A stretch of 64,000 bases of DNA from an uncultured Planctomycetaceae bacterium (lineage in GTDB: Bacteria > Planctomycetota > Planctomycetia > Pirellulales > Pirellulaceae), in the NCBI GenBank assembly GCA_963758085.1, contig CAVWUB010000004.1, positions 334,259 through 398,258 of the forward strand, read 5' to 3'. Under the pieces are notes generated by a model. The model did no database searches and had not been told where the DNA came from. It saw only the letters and a list, made by a program, of their open reading frames with translations. Within the stretch, counting starts at the first letter, position 1, and the number at the start of each line of letters is the position of its first letter. Below are positions 18,489-28,722 of this stretch, in pieces. Made by a program: the position numbers and the translations under genes.

Positions 18489-18733
18489 GGATCAGGACAC
18501 CCGCCCCAAGTGACGTCACGACATTCGTGGATAAAGCTGATATCAGCGGGCGGACTTCAGCTGGCAAGGCGTCATGTTAGAATCGCCGCCCGTTAGACAT
18601 GCCGACGCATCGGGCGCTGCCGACCATCGCTCCGCGCTGCCGAGCCAGCGACCCGCGAACCCGAGCCATCACGACGCGCGTCCTGTCCATAGCGCTGCGT
18701 TTTCCAAATCAACCACTGCCCTGCTTCATCACC

Positions 18734-21592
18734 ATGCCCCGATACAACCCCGCCGAAATCGAACCTCGCTGGCAGGCCTATTGGCAGCAGCACAAGACCT
18801 TCGCCACGGCCGAGATGCCTGACCTGAGCCGCGGGGGCAAGAAACGCTATATCCTGGACATGTTCCCGTACCCCAGCGGCGATGGGCTGCACGTCGGGCA
18901 CCCCGAAGGTTACACCGCCACCGACATTACATCGCGGTACGGGCGGATGCGCGGCGACAGCGTGCTGCACCCAATGGGCTTCGACGCCTTTGGACTGCCG
19001 GCGGAGGAACATGCGATTCGCACTGGCGAGCATCCGCGCGTGCAGACCTATCGCAACATCGAGACGTTCACGCGCCAGCTCAAAATGCTCGGTTTCAGTT
19101 ACGACTGGGACCGGACGATCGCGACCACCGACGAAGCCTACGTTCGCTGGACCCAGTGGATTTTCCTGGTGTTGTACGACACCTGGTTCGACACGCAGGC
19201 ACAACTGGGGCGGCCGATCGCCGAGCTGCCAATCCCGCCGGAAGTGTCGCTGCAGGGCGAAGACGCGGTTTCACGTTACCAGGACGCGCACCGCTTGGCC
19301 TATCAAGACGACGCTCTGGTCAACTGGTGTCCGGCCTTAGGAACCGTGCTGGCCAATGAAGAAGTGATCGACGGCAAGAGCGAACGCGGCTCGCATCCGG
19401 TTCAGCGGATCCCGCTGCGACAATGGATGCTGCGGATCACTTCTTACGCCGAACGGCTGCTCGAGGGGCTCGACGACCTGGACTGGCCGGCGGGAATTAA
19501 GAAGCTGCAACAGGACTGGATCGGCCGCAGCAGCGGCGCTGAAGTCGACTTCTATATCGGCGGCGCGGAGAGTTTCGAGTCCTGGAAGATCCTCCGCCAA
19601 GACGGTCCGCTGAACGACCCGCCACCGGCAGACGTGCTGCGCGTTTACACGACGCGGCCCGATACGTTATTCGGGGCGACCTACATGGTGATCGCGCCGG
19701 AACATCCATTGGTCGATGTGCTGACCGCTGCCGAGCAAACCGCCGAGGTCCGCGCGTATCGCGAGAAGGCGTCGTTCAAGAGCGACCGCGAACGAACCGA
19801 AGGTGATCGGCAAAAGACCGGCGTGTTTACCGGCAGCCATGCGATCAACCCGGTCACGGGAAAACCGATCCCGATCTGGGTCGCCGATTATGTGCTGGCA
19901 ACCTATGGCACCGGGGCGATCATGGCGGTCCCGGCGCACGACGACCGCGACTTCGAGTTCGCCGTCCAGTTCCGATTACCGATTATCCCGGTGGTCGATC
20001 CGCCGGCGGATTTCGAGCAGCGCGACCAGGTGCTCGCCGGCAAGGCCTGCTTTATCGGCTCCGGCAAAGTGATCAACAGCGGCGACTTCGATGGCCAGGA
20101 CAGCGACAGCGTGAAGTCCGCGATCACCGACCAACTCGCTCGTGAAGGGCTGGCGCGCGGAGCGGTGAATTACAAGCTGCGCGATTGGCTGTTCAGTCGC
20201 CAGCGGTTCTGGGGCGAACCGTTCCCGATCCTGCACGAGCTCGACACCCAGGGCAATCCAACCGGAGCAAAGCGGGCGGTGCCGGATGAGCAGTTGCCAG
20301 TCCTGCTGCCGGAACTCGCCGACTTCAAACCGCATGGTCGTCCCGAGCCACCGCTGGAAAAAGCGAGCGACGCGTGGCTGTATGTGACGATCGACGGCGT
20401 GCGTTACAAACGTGAAACCAACACGATGCCGCAGTGGGCCGGTTCGTGCTGGTACTACCTCCGCTACATCGATCCGAAGAACGATGCGGCGCTGGTCGAT
20501 CCGGCGAAGGAAAAAGCCTGGATGCCGGTCGACCTGTACGTCGGCGGGGCGGAGCACGCGGTGTTGCACCTGATGTATTCCCGCTTCTGGCACAAGGTGC
20601 TCTACGACCGCGGCCACGTCAGCACACCCGAGCCGTTCGGCAAGCTGGTCAATCAAGGGATGATCCTTGGCGAAGTGGAATTCACCGGCTACCAGAGCGA
20701 GGCCGGCCAATGGGTCTCGGCTCAGCAGTTGCGCCGCGACGCCGACGGCAATCGCGTCGATGCCGCGGGCAATGCCGTCTCGGCGGTGAAGGTTGACGAA
20801 GACGATGTGGAAAAGAGTGGCGAGGGATTTGTGCTCAAGGCCGACCCGTCGATCCGCATCGACAGCCGGGCGCACAAGATGTCCAAGAGCCGTGGCAACG
20901 TCGTCAATCCCGATGTCGTCGTCCGCGAGTACGGCGCCGATTCGTTGCGGCTGTATGAGATGTTCATGGGGCCGCTGGAGGCGACGAAGCCTTGGAGCAT
21001 GACCGGCGTCGGCGGCGTACGCAGCTTCCTCGACCGCGTGTGGCGGATGATCGTCGATGACCGCGCCGACGAGATGCAGCTTGCTGATGCCGTTGTCGAC
21101 ACACCGTGTGACGACGAACAGGCTCGCATGATGCACTTGACCATCAAGCGAGTTACCGAGGACATCGAGTCGATGAGTTTTAACACCGCGATCGCGCGGA
21201 TGATGGAGTTCACCAACTTCTTCACGCGCTGCGAACAGCGGCCGCGCGAAGCGATGGAGACGATCGTGGTTCTGCTGGCTCCGTACGCGCCACATATCGC
21301 TGAGGAGCTATGGCAACTGCTGTGCGGCGGCGATATTTCCGAGCGCGGCTGCGTGTCGCTGCAACCTTGGCCGGTCTGGGACGAAGCGGCCTTGGTTCAG
21401 AGCGCGATCGATTTGCCGGTTCAGATCAACGGCAAGGTGCGTGGCAAGATCAGCGTGTCGCCCGATGCCGATGAAGCGACGGTATTGCAGACCGCTCGCG
21501 AGGATGAGCGGATTGCGAAACTGATCGAAGGCAAGCAACTGGTCAAGTCGATCGTCGTGCCACAGCGGCTGGTCAACCTGGTGGTGAAGTAG
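18734..21592 (+). CDS. leuS: Leucyl-tRNA synthetase
   Basis: The class I HIGH motif (HVGHPEGY) and KMSKS ([12 protein letters not shown]) are present and the protein has LeuS-length architecture. The start is placed at [14 protein letters not shown], because the upstream in-frame extension overlaps the repeat element. Confidence 0.9.
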   Translation: MPRYNPAEIEPRWQAYWQQHKTFATAEMPDLSRGGKKRYILDMFPYPSGDGLHVGHPEGYTATDITSRYGRMRGDSVLHPMGFDAFGLPAEEHAIRTGEHPRVQTYRNIETFTRQLKMLGFSYDWDRTIATTDEAYVRWTQWIFLVLYDTWFDTQAQLGRPIAELPIPPEVSLQGEDAVSRYQDAHRLAYQDDALVNWCPALGTVLANEEVIDGKSERGSHPVQRIPLRQWMLRITSYAERLLEGLDDLDWPAGIKKLQQDWIGRSSGAEVDFYIGGAESFESWKILRQDGPLNDPPPADVLRVYTTRPDTLFGATYMVIAPEHPLVDVLTAAEQTAEVRAYREKASFKSDRERTEGDRQKTGVFTGSHAINPVTGKPIPIWVADYVLATYGTGAIMAVPAHDDRDFEFAVQFRLPIIPVVDPPADFEQRDQVLAGKACFIGSGKVINSGDFDGQDSDSVKSAITDQLAREGLARGAVNYKLRDWLFSRQRFWGEPFPILHELDTQGNPTGAKRAVPDEQLPVLLPELADFKPHGRPEPPLEKASDAWLYVTIDGVRYKRETNTMPQWAGSCWYYLRYIDPKNDAALVDPAKEKAWMPVDLYVGGAEHAVLHLMYSRFWHKVLYDRGHVSTPEPFGKLVNQGMILGEVEFTGYQSEAGQWVSAQQLRRDADGNRVDAAGNAVSAVKVDEDDVEKSGEGFVLKADPSIRIDSRAHKMSKSRGNVVNPDVVVREYGADSLRLYEMFMGPLEATKPWSMTGVGGVRSFLDRVWRMIVDDRADEMQLADAVVDTPCDDEQARMMHLTIKRVTEDIESMSFNTAIARMMEFTNFFTRCEQRPREAMETIVVLLAPYAPHIAEELWQLLCGGDISERGCVSLQPWPVWDEAALVQSAIDLPVQINGKVRGKISVSPDADEATVLQTAREDERIAKLIEGKQLVKSIVVPQRLVNLVVK

Positions 21593-23129
21593 CGGCGGCA
21601 GAGGTGCCCATCGCGGCCAACAGCAGTTCGTGCTCGGTCCACGCGTGGGCCGGGCGAACCGCCACGATCCGGCCCCGCGCCATCACGGCGATCGTGTCGC
21701 ACAACTCGAGCAGCTCGCGAAAGTAGCTGCTGACAAACACGACCGCGCGCTGGTCGGCGGCCGCCGCGCCCATCAGCCGGTAGATTTCGGCCTTGGTGCC
21801 GACGTCAACCCCGCGCGTCGGCTCGTCGAACAACAAACACGTCGCCTCTTGGTGCAGCACGCGGGCGATCGCCACCTTTTGCTGATTGCCGCCGGACAGT
21901 GTCGCCACACTCTGATCCGGCCCATTGGCTTTGATTTGCAGTTTGTCCATCAGCTGACAAACCCGCCGATCTCGTTCGCCTCGCTGCAACCAACCACCGC
22001 GGGAGAAAGGGGACAGCCGACTGAGCACCGCGTTGTCGGCGATCGATAGGATCTGCGCCAACCCCTCGTGCTTGCGATCTTCGCTGAGCATGGCGATGCC
22101 GCGGCGAATCCGGCTTCCGGGCGTCCCGCTGAGCAATTTACCGCCGGCCGTGATCACGCCGCTGTGACAGGGTGCCAACCCGGCGATCACCCGTAGCGTC
22201 TCGGTGCGACCGGCACCGACCAGTCCAGCCAGTCCCATAATTTCACCCCGCCGCACCTGCAGCGAAACCGATCGCGGCAGCGGATCGCCCGAGACATTTT
22301 GGAGCGTCAGCCAAACTTCGCCTGGTGTGTGCGCAATTTTGGGAAAAAGTTCGTCGACACTGCGGCCGACCATCAGTTCCACGATCTCTCGTTCGCTGAC
22401 CCCTTTGAGCTCGCCTTGGCCAGCGACGCGGCCGTCACGGAGCACCAGATAGCTGTCGCAGATCTGCCGGACTTCCTCGAGAAAGTGGCTGATGTAAATC
22501 ACCGACAAGCCCTGAGCCGATAGCCGCTGGATTGTTTCAAACAACTTGGCGACATCGGCTGCGGCCAATGAACTGGTCGGTTCATCGAGCACCAGTACTT
22601 TCGCCTGGTCGACCAGCGCGCGGGCGATCTCCACCACCTGGCGCTGACCGATCGACAGCGACACCAGCAGGCGATCCGGATCGAGGTCTTCGTGCCCCAT
22701 TCGCGCCAAAACATCGCTGACCAGTTGCGACTGGGCGGCATGATCTAGCTTGCCGAAGTGGGAGCGCTCCCGGCCGAGCATGATGTTGTCTTGGATGCTC
22801 AAGTCCAGACAAACGCTCAACTCTTGATAAACGATCGCCAGTCCGGAGCGGCGGGCTAAGTCGGGTCTGCCCGGTGGTACAGCGTTGCCGCCGATCGTGA
22901 CCGATCCGGTGTCGGGCGATACAGCACCACTGAGGATCTTGACCAGCGTGCTTTTGCCGGCGCCATTTTCACCGAGCAGCGCCAGCACCTGACCGCTGCG
23001 GAGCATCAGGTCTGCATCGCGCAGCACCCAGTTTTTGCCATACCGCTTGCCCAGGCCGCGAGCCTCTAACGGCGGCTGGTCGCCGGCTCGTGCCGCTGGC
23101 CGGTCAATCGGAGCTTCGCCTACGCTCAC
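21573..23129 (-). CDS. Sugar ABC transporter ATP-binding protein (tandem ABC domains, RbsA/MglA/XylG type)
   Basis: Two Walker A sites (GENGAGKST and, by position, a second P-loop), an LSGGQQQ signature and a duplicated ABC cassette of 518 aa. Confidence 0.8.
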   Translation of the reverse strand: MSVGEAPIDRPAARAGDQPPLEARGLGKRYGKNWVLRDADLMLRSGQVLALLGENGAGKSTLVKILSGAVSPDTGSVTIGGNAVPPGRPDLARRSGLAIVYQELSVCLDLSIQDNIMLGRERSHFGKLDHAAQSQLVSDVLARMGHEDLDPDRLLVSLSIGQRQVVEIARALVDQAKVLVLDEPTSSLAAADVAKLFETIQRLSAQGLSVIYISHFLEEVRQICDSYLVLRDGRVAGQGELKGVSEREIVELMVGRSVDELFPKIAHTPGEVWLTLQNVSGDPLPRSVSLQVRRGEIMGLAGLVGAGRTETLRVIAGLAPCHSGVITAGGKLLSGTPGSRIRRGIAMLSEDRKHEGLAQILSIADNAVLSRLSPFSRGGWLQRGERDRRVCQLMDKLQIKANGPDQSVATLSGGNQQKVAIARVLHQEATCLLFDEPTRGVDVGTKAEIYRLMGAAAADQRAVVFVSSYFRELLELCDTIAVMARGRIVAVRPAHAWTEHELLLAAMGTSAAATSPPG

Positions 23130-23135
23130 GCGACA

Positions 23136-24329
23136 TCAAACCTTTTCGGGGCTCAGCAGCTTTTGAATTTGCTCGCTGTCCATGTTTTCTTGCGTCGCCA
23201 CATGGACGCCGGTATCGACAAACGGCTCGACCGGTTCGCCGCGGATCGCTTTGACCATGGAGACGATCGCCAAATAACCCATCTGAACCGGGTCCTGCAG
23301 GATGATCGCCGAGAGTTTGCCATCCCGCAGCGCCTTAGCCATCGCGTCGCTGGAGTCGAAGCCGACGAACACAACTTTGCCGGCAAGTTTGCGATCCTCC
23401 AGCGCTCGCAGTACCCCTTCGGCGTTCGGTTCGCAGACGGCAAAGATCCCGTTGACTTGATCGGCGTAGCGATTGAGGACCTGCTGCGCCTTGTCCATCG
23501 CCGACTCGGTGGTCGTGCCGGCGTACTGGTCGCTGCTGATCACCTTGATGTCGGGGAATGCCTCGAGGCCTTTGAGAAAACCTTCTTCGCGTTGGTGCGT
23601 GCTTTCGCTCCCCTTGTTGTACCGCAGCAGGATGACGTTGCCCTTGCCACCGAGTTTCTCGGCCATCACTTCGGCCGCCAATTGGCCGCCGCGGTAATTG
23701 TCGGTGGAAACGTAGCTGGCAAACGCATCGGACGGGGCATTGAGTGCGCTGTCGAAGATCACCACCGGCACGCCGCCCCGGCGAGCTTCTTGAACGGGCC
23801 GGACCAGCGCATCGGCGTCGAGCGGCGCCAGACAGATGCCGTCGACCTGCTTGTTGACGAACCCCTGAACGACGTTGATCTGTTCGTCCCGGTCGCTTTC
23901 CTTTTGCGGTCCCCGCCACTGAATGTCGGCACCCAGTTCTTCGCCGGCCTTGAGCGCTCCGTAGTGGACCGACTTCCAAAAGATATGAGTTGTCCCCTTA
24001 GGGATCATCGCGATCTGCAGCCGCCGACCATCGCTGCCCGCAGCGGTCGATGCGGCTTGTTTGTCTGCGGAGGCCGGCGGTTGGCAGGCCACGGTGACGC
24101 CGAGCAGGAGCAACAGCAGGGGGGCAAGGTAACGCAAGGGAAAGTCGCCTCGTGAGGTGGGAAGATCGGGCAGCGATGTTGGGGACGCTGCCGCAGAGGT
24201 GAATAGTCCGGCCGAGCGAAGGTTGCCGTGATGGGTCGGGCTATTTGCCGTGCACCAGACGTTTAAACGCTTCGCTGAGCCGGAGCGTGATTTTACCCGG
24301 TTTGCCGTCGCCAATGGTGCGGTTATCAA
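23136..24329 (-). CDS. Periplasmic sugar-binding protein of an ABC transporter (RbsB/LacI-like PBP fold), probably a lipoprotein
   Basis: IAMIPKGTTHIFWKSVHYGALKAGEELG...VDGICLAPLDADALVRPVQEARRGGVPVVIFDS is typical of a PBP-I sugar-binding protein. A signal peptide with a lipobox (LGVTVAC) is present. The start codon is uncertain. Confidence 0.7.
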   Translation of the reverse strand: MITAPLATANRVKSRSGSAKRLNVWCTANSPTHHGNLRSAGLFTSAAASPTSLPDLPTSRGDFPLRYLAPLLLLLLGVTVACQPPASADKQAASTAAGSDGRRLQIAMIPKGTTHIFWKSVHYGALKAGEELGADIQWRGPQKESDRDEQINVVQGFVNKQVDGICLAPLDADALVRPVQEARRGGVPVVIFDSALNAPSDAFASYVSTDNYRGGQLAAEVMAEKLGGKGNVILLRYNKGSESTHQREEGFLKGLEAFPDIKVISSDQYAGTTTESAMDKAQQVLNRYADQVNGIFAVCEPNAEGVLRALEDRKLAGKVVFVGFDSSDAMAKALRDGKLSAIILQDPVQMGYLAIVSMVKAIRGEPVEPFVDTGVHVATQENMDSEQIQKLLSPEKV

Positions 24330-25105
24330 CCTTTGTCACTGAAATCACTTCGGCCGCACTACCGGTCAGGAAGCACTCGTCGGCGACGTAGATGTCATGA
24401 CGGACGAGCGTTTTTTCAGCCAGCGGAATGCCTTCGGCAGCGGCCAGCTCAATCACGGTGTTGCGGGTGATGCCTTCCAAGATGCCGGCATCGGTCGGTG
24501 GGGTGATCAGCATCCCGTGCTTAACGATGAAGATGTTGTCGCCGGTACACTCGGCCACTTCGCCCTTGTGGTTGAGCATCAGCGCTTCGTCGCAGCCGGC
24601 GCAGCCCTTCCATCTTCGCCAGAATGTTATTGAGATAGTTGAGCGATTTGATCCGCGGGCTCAGTGCCGCGGAGTGGTTGCGCATCGTCGACGCGGTGAC
24701 GATTTCCATCCCATCGCGGTAACGCTCCGGCGGATACAGCGCGATATGGTCGGTGATGATGATCACCTGCGGATTGGAGCAGCGATTGGGGTCCAGGCCC
24801 AGACTGCCGCTGCCGCGGGTGACGACCAGGCGGATGTACGCGTCGCTAAGCTGATTCACCTCCAACGTGCTGCGGACGCTATCGGCCATCGCCGCTTTGT
24901 CGATCGGGATGCTCAAGCCGATTGCCAGCGCCGATTCGTAGAGCCGATCGAGGTGTTCGGCGAGTTTGAACACTCGTCCGCTGTAGGCCCTCATCCCCTC
25001 GAAGACTCCATCGCCGTAGAGCAAGCCGTGGTCATAGACGCTGATTTTGGCGTCTTCTTTGTCGAACAATTGGCCGTTGATGGAAACCTTCAGGCTCATG
25101 ATCAA
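24241..25105 (-). CDS. ilvE: Branched-chain / class IV aminotransferase, interrupted by a single-nucleotide frameshift near 24595
   Basis: The N-terminal part (24521-25105) contains [22 protein letters not shown]...[14 protein letters not shown]. The C-terminal part (24241-24579, other frame) contains [28 protein letters not shown]...[11 protein letters not shown]. The junction ctgcgccggctgcgac reads LRAGCDEAL if one G is restored. Confidence 0.7.
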
Positions 25106-25514
25106 GTGTTTGCGGTGAGAGTGAACGTCGAGAAACGCGGCGATGGTTGTGGCAGTACGATGGTTGCGGCAGTATAAGAGGTCACCGGGGGTACCGCGAG
25201 TTCACTGGATTTCCACTCAGAGCGGTCCATTTCCCCCGCTGCCGGGCCGGCCGCAGAAGCAGCGACCGCGTTTAACGGAGCAGCCGAGGCTCAAGCCGGA
25301 CGGATGCTAGCGTTAAAATCGTGCCATGTCTTCTAGAAAGGGCTTCCGAGACGCCACCGCGAACGCTAAACTGCTCGACCGGCATCTTTCCTGCAGTGCC
25401 CACCGCGATCGGTCCGACTGGGACCCGTGCTGGGAAAAGTTAATGGGTGCCTCTAACCGAGCTGCGTCAGGCGGCTCCTAACCGAATCTTTAGCCAGTGA
25501 TCGAAGCAACCAGT

Positions 25515-25829
25515 ATGTACGCCATCATCGTCGACGGCGGTCGCCAGTACCGCGTGGAACCCGGCATGGAACTCGACTTGGATTTCCGGGAGGCCGCGGC
25601 CGGAGACAACATCACTTTGGGTAAAGTCCTCTGCATCGGCGGTGAGGATGGTCTCAAGCTCGGCTCGCCGACGCTTGCCAACACCGCGGTGATCGCTTCG
25701 GTCATCGGCGCACGTCAGGGTGAAAAGTTGTTCATCCAGAAATTTCGCCGCCGCAAACACTTCAAGAAGCGAACCGGCCACCGCCAGCTGTACACCCGCG
25801 TTCGCATCGAATCGATCGGCGCAGCCTAA
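25515..25829 (+). CDS. rplU: 50S ribosomal protein L21
   Basis: MYAIIVDGGRQYRVEPGMELDLD...KFRRRKHFKKRTGHRQLYTRVRIESI matches the L21 consensus. Confidence 0.85.
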   Translation: MYAIIVDGGRQYRVEPGMELDLDFREAAAGDNITLGKVLCIGGEDGLKLGSPTLANTAVIASVIGARQGEKLFIQKFRRRKHFKKRTGHRQLYTRVRIESIGAA

Positions 25830-25883
25830 TCCAGCCGCTGCTGACGGGAAGAGACGTTATTCCTCCGTTCCCCTGAGCCGACC

Positions 25884-26927
25884 ATGTCCAGGCTGAAGCT
25901 GGATGATTATCACGTCGGCTCGGTGCTCGGTGTCGGCACCGTGGGAACCATCTACGCGGCGACGGAGAAGGCGACCGGCAAACCGGTCGCGATCAAAAAG
26001 CTGCATCCTGCGGTCAGCCGTAATCCACTGATCGGAGCACGCTTCCGCCGCGAGATGATGATCCTCGAAAAGCTCCGCCACCCCAATGTGATTGGGTACT
26101 TCGGTGGCGGCGAGGACATCGACGGCAACCTGTTCTACATCATGGAACTGGTCGAGGGGGGATCGATCCGCGACCTGTTGGACAGTAGCGGTTTCCTCGC
26201 TTGGCAGCTGGTCGTCAGCGCAGCGGTTCAAATCTGTTCGGCCCTCCAGTGCGCCCACAACCACGGCATCATTCACCGTGACCTGAAGCCTGGCAATCTG
26301 TTCCTGACGCGCGACGGCATGATCAAGCTCGGCGACTTCGGAATCGCCCGCGATGTCAGCGCTTCGGACCTTACCGACCAGGGCCTGACCGTGGGAACGC
26401 ACGCCTACATGGCTCCGGAGCAAATCACCGGCGACGCGACGATCTCCGGCAAAGCCGACCTGTATGCCTTGGGATGCTGCCTGTATGAGATGCTCACCGG
26501 TCAAAAGCCGTACATCGCCGACAGCTTCCCGCAACTGTTCGAGCAACACCTGCGGGCGGATCCGCCCAAGCCGAGCCGGATCATCCAGTGCCCGCCGGAG
26601 GTCGATGAGATCGTCATCCATCTGCTTGCGAAGCGGCCCGAGGATCGTCCGTTCAATGCCCGCGAGGTGCAGGGCAAGATGCTGCGGATCATGGACAAAT
26701 ATGGCCTTCGTGACGAAGTGTCGCGGCCGCCGACTGCTGGCAATATGAAGGACATTTCAGCCGGCCAAGTGCAGGACATGGGACGGCAAATGCTGCAGCG
26801 TCAGATCCGGGCGAGGCTCGGCGGCGAGGCCCGCCGGGAGGTCTCCTGGAGTAAATTTGCGGCGATTCTGGCGATGATTATTATCCTGTGCGTTGCGTTG
26901 GTGGTCGCTCGCCGGTTTTCGGCATGA
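25884..26927 (+). CDS. Serine/threonine protein kinase with a C-terminal TM anchor
   Basis: Gly-loop LGVGTVGTIY, VAIK, HRDLKPGNLFL, DFGIAR and APE motifs, plus a hydrophobic C-terminal helix. Confidence 0.85.
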   Translation: MSRLKLDDYHVGSVLGVGTVGTIYAATEKATGKPVAIKKLHPAVSRNPLIGARFRREMMILEKLRHPNVIGYFGGGEDIDGNLFYIMELVEGGSIRDLLDSSGFLAWQLVVSAAVQICSALQCAHNHGIIHRDLKPGNLFLTRDGMIKLGDFGIARDVSASDLTDQGLTVGTHAYMAPEQITGDATISGKADLYALGCCLYEMLTGQKPYIADSFPQLFEQHLRADPPKPSRIIQCPPEVDEIVIHLLAKRPEDRPFNAREVQGKMLRIMDKYGLRDEVSRPPTAGNMKDISAGQVQDMGRQMLQRQIRARLGGEARREVSWSKFAAILAMIIILCVALVVARRFSA

Positions 26928-27098
26928 ACGACCGGCGCATGCTCGACCGGGCGACTCAGCGGTGGCGGGGCGTGATCAATTCCTGCCGCTCATTGTCAAA
27001 AAACGCTTAAGCGAGTAGCTTTTTGGCATAGCGGGCGACGTTGTTGCATCCCGCACCGGACATTCCGTTCCCGTTCATTTTGCGGATTTCTATTCCTC

Positions 27099-28365
27099 GT
27101 GATCGCCCCTTCTCGAGTCGATTCGCTTCCCGATTCTCAGCGGATTGTTATCACCGGCATCGGATTGACGTCTCCCAACGGCAACGATTGGCAATCCTTT
27201 CGCCAAGCGCTGTTAGAGAAACGCAGTGGCGTTAGGCCATACGAAATTCGCTACGTCGGCGAGACGCTGGCCGGCGTCTGCGATTTCGACGCGCTGCGAT
27301 ACCAGACGAAGAAAGACCTCCGCCGCGGCACCCGTGCCGGCAGCGTCGGCATCTACTGCAGCCAACGAGGCGGTCAAGCGACTGCGGGCTCGATTGGGCA
27401 AACATCGATCGTTCGCGCGTCGGCATCTACATCGGCGTGACCGAGCACGGCAACGTCGAGACCGAGAACGAGATCTACGAGATCAAGGGCTACGACTACG
27501 ACACCAAGGTCTGGTCGCACCACCACAATCCGCGCACGGTGGCCAACAACCCGGCCGGCGAAATCACGCTGAACATGGGCATCACCGGGCCCGCACTACA
27601 CGATCGGCGCCGCCTGTGCCGCCGGCAATGCCGGGCTGATCCAGGGCGCGCAGATGCTGCGGCTGGGCGAATGCGACGTGGCGCTGGCCGGCGGCGTCTC
27701 GCGAAAGCATTCACACGTTCGGCATCTTCGCCAGCTTCAAGAGCCAAGGCGCGCTGGCCACGCACGAGCGATCCGGCCCAAGCCGTCGCGCCGTTCGACC
27801 GCGATCGCAACGGCATCGTCGTGGCCGAAGGCGGCTGCGTCTACGTGCTGGAACGGCTCAGCGACGCGAAGAACCGCGGCGCGAAGATCTACGGCGAGCT
27901 GGCCGGCTACGCGATGAACACCGACGCCACCGACTTCGTGCTGCCCAATCCCGAGCGGCAGGCGCAGTGCATCGCAGCTGGCGCTGCAGCGCGCCGGGCT
28001 GGAGCCGGAGGAGATCGACATCGTCAGCACCCACGCCACGGGCACCAACAGCGGCGACGTCCAGGAGTGCGATGCGCTGCGCGGGTGTTCGGCGATTGCA
28101 AGACGGTGAAGTTCAACAACACCAAGAGCTTCATCGGCCACGCGATGGGCGCCGCCGGAGCGCTGGAATTGGCCGGCAACCTTGCCGGCCTTCGACGACG
28201 GCGTCGTGCCACGCCACGATCAACGTCGACGACCTCGATCCCGAGTGCGCTCTGCCGGGATTAGTGACCGGTGAGGCTCAGGAAGTCCGCGGCGTCGACT
28301 ACATTCTGAACAACTCGTTCGGCATGCTGGGCATCAACTCGGTCGTGATCATCCGGCGCGTGTAA
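27099..28365 (+). pseudogene. Beta-ketoacyl-ACP synthase (FabF/KAS-II-like), multiply frameshifted
   Basis: KAS segments were followed through all three frames: VITGIGLTSPNGNDWQSF (f0), AANEAVKRL (f1), IDRSRVGIYIGVTEHGN...ITGP (f2), HYTIGAACAAGNAGLIQGAQMLRLGECDVALAGGVS (f0), ESIHTFGIFASFKSQGALATHE (f1), FDRDRNGIVVAEGGCVYVLERLSDAKNRGAKIYGELAGY (f2), LALQRAGLEPEEIDIVSTHATGTNSGDVQECDALRG (f0), VFGDCKTVKFNNTKSFIGHAMGAAGALE (f2), TINVDDLDPECALPGL...NNSFGMLGINSVVIIRRV (f1). That gives about 8 frameshifts. Confidence 0.75.
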
Positions 28366-28441
28366 TTTCCAGTTATCAGGCAGCCCCACCAGCGGTACGG
28401 ACTGCATCTGCGATTGCCTTTATCCATTCACCACAGAGAAC

Positions 28442-28690
28442 CTACCGACCATGAGTCCCGCCGAAATCCGCGATGAGATCCTCGACATTCTTGGAGACAT
28501 CGCTCCGGACGAGGACCTCGACGAATGGTCGACGACAAGAACTTCCGCGAGCAGATGGAACTCGACAGCATGGACTTCCTCGACATCGTGATGGAACTCC
28601 GCAAGCGCCATCGCATGCAGATTCCGGAGGAGGATTACGGCCAATTGGCCAGCATGCAGACCACGGTGAGCTACCTCGAACCGAAAGATG
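28442..28690 (+). pseudogene. Acyl carrier protein, frameshifted once
   Basis: MSPAEIRDEILDILGDIAPDEDLDEW in one frame continues as LVDDKNFREQMELDSMDFLDIVMELRKRH in another. This is an ACP helix II region (DSM/DSL-like). Confidence 0.55.
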
Positions 28691-28722
28691 CGCAGACATC
28701 GTCAAGGCATAGCCTGCGCCAT

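Noticed and set aside
18599-18733. N-terminal 45-aa extension of leuS from the first in-frame ATG
   Set aside because: The extension is low-complexity (Pro/Arg/Ala-rich) and overlaps the structured repeat. The conserved LeuS N-terminus begins at [13 protein letters not shown] (18734).
19976-21295. 439-aa ORF on the minus strand inside leuS, and similar long antisense ORFs (1308-1859, 1992-2510, 7461-8453, 10695-11417, 23163-24155, 24428-25177)
   Set aside because: They lie entirely antisense to well-supported conserved genes and have Arg/Ala/Gly-rich low-complexity translations typical of spurious ORFs in high-GC DNA.
25146-25180. Direct repeat ATGGTTG(T/C)GGCAGTA x2 in the ilvE-rplU divergent region, considered as a promoter or operator
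   Set aside because: Only two copies. I could not fit sigma70 or sigma54 spacing convincingly, so I am not confident enough to call a feature.
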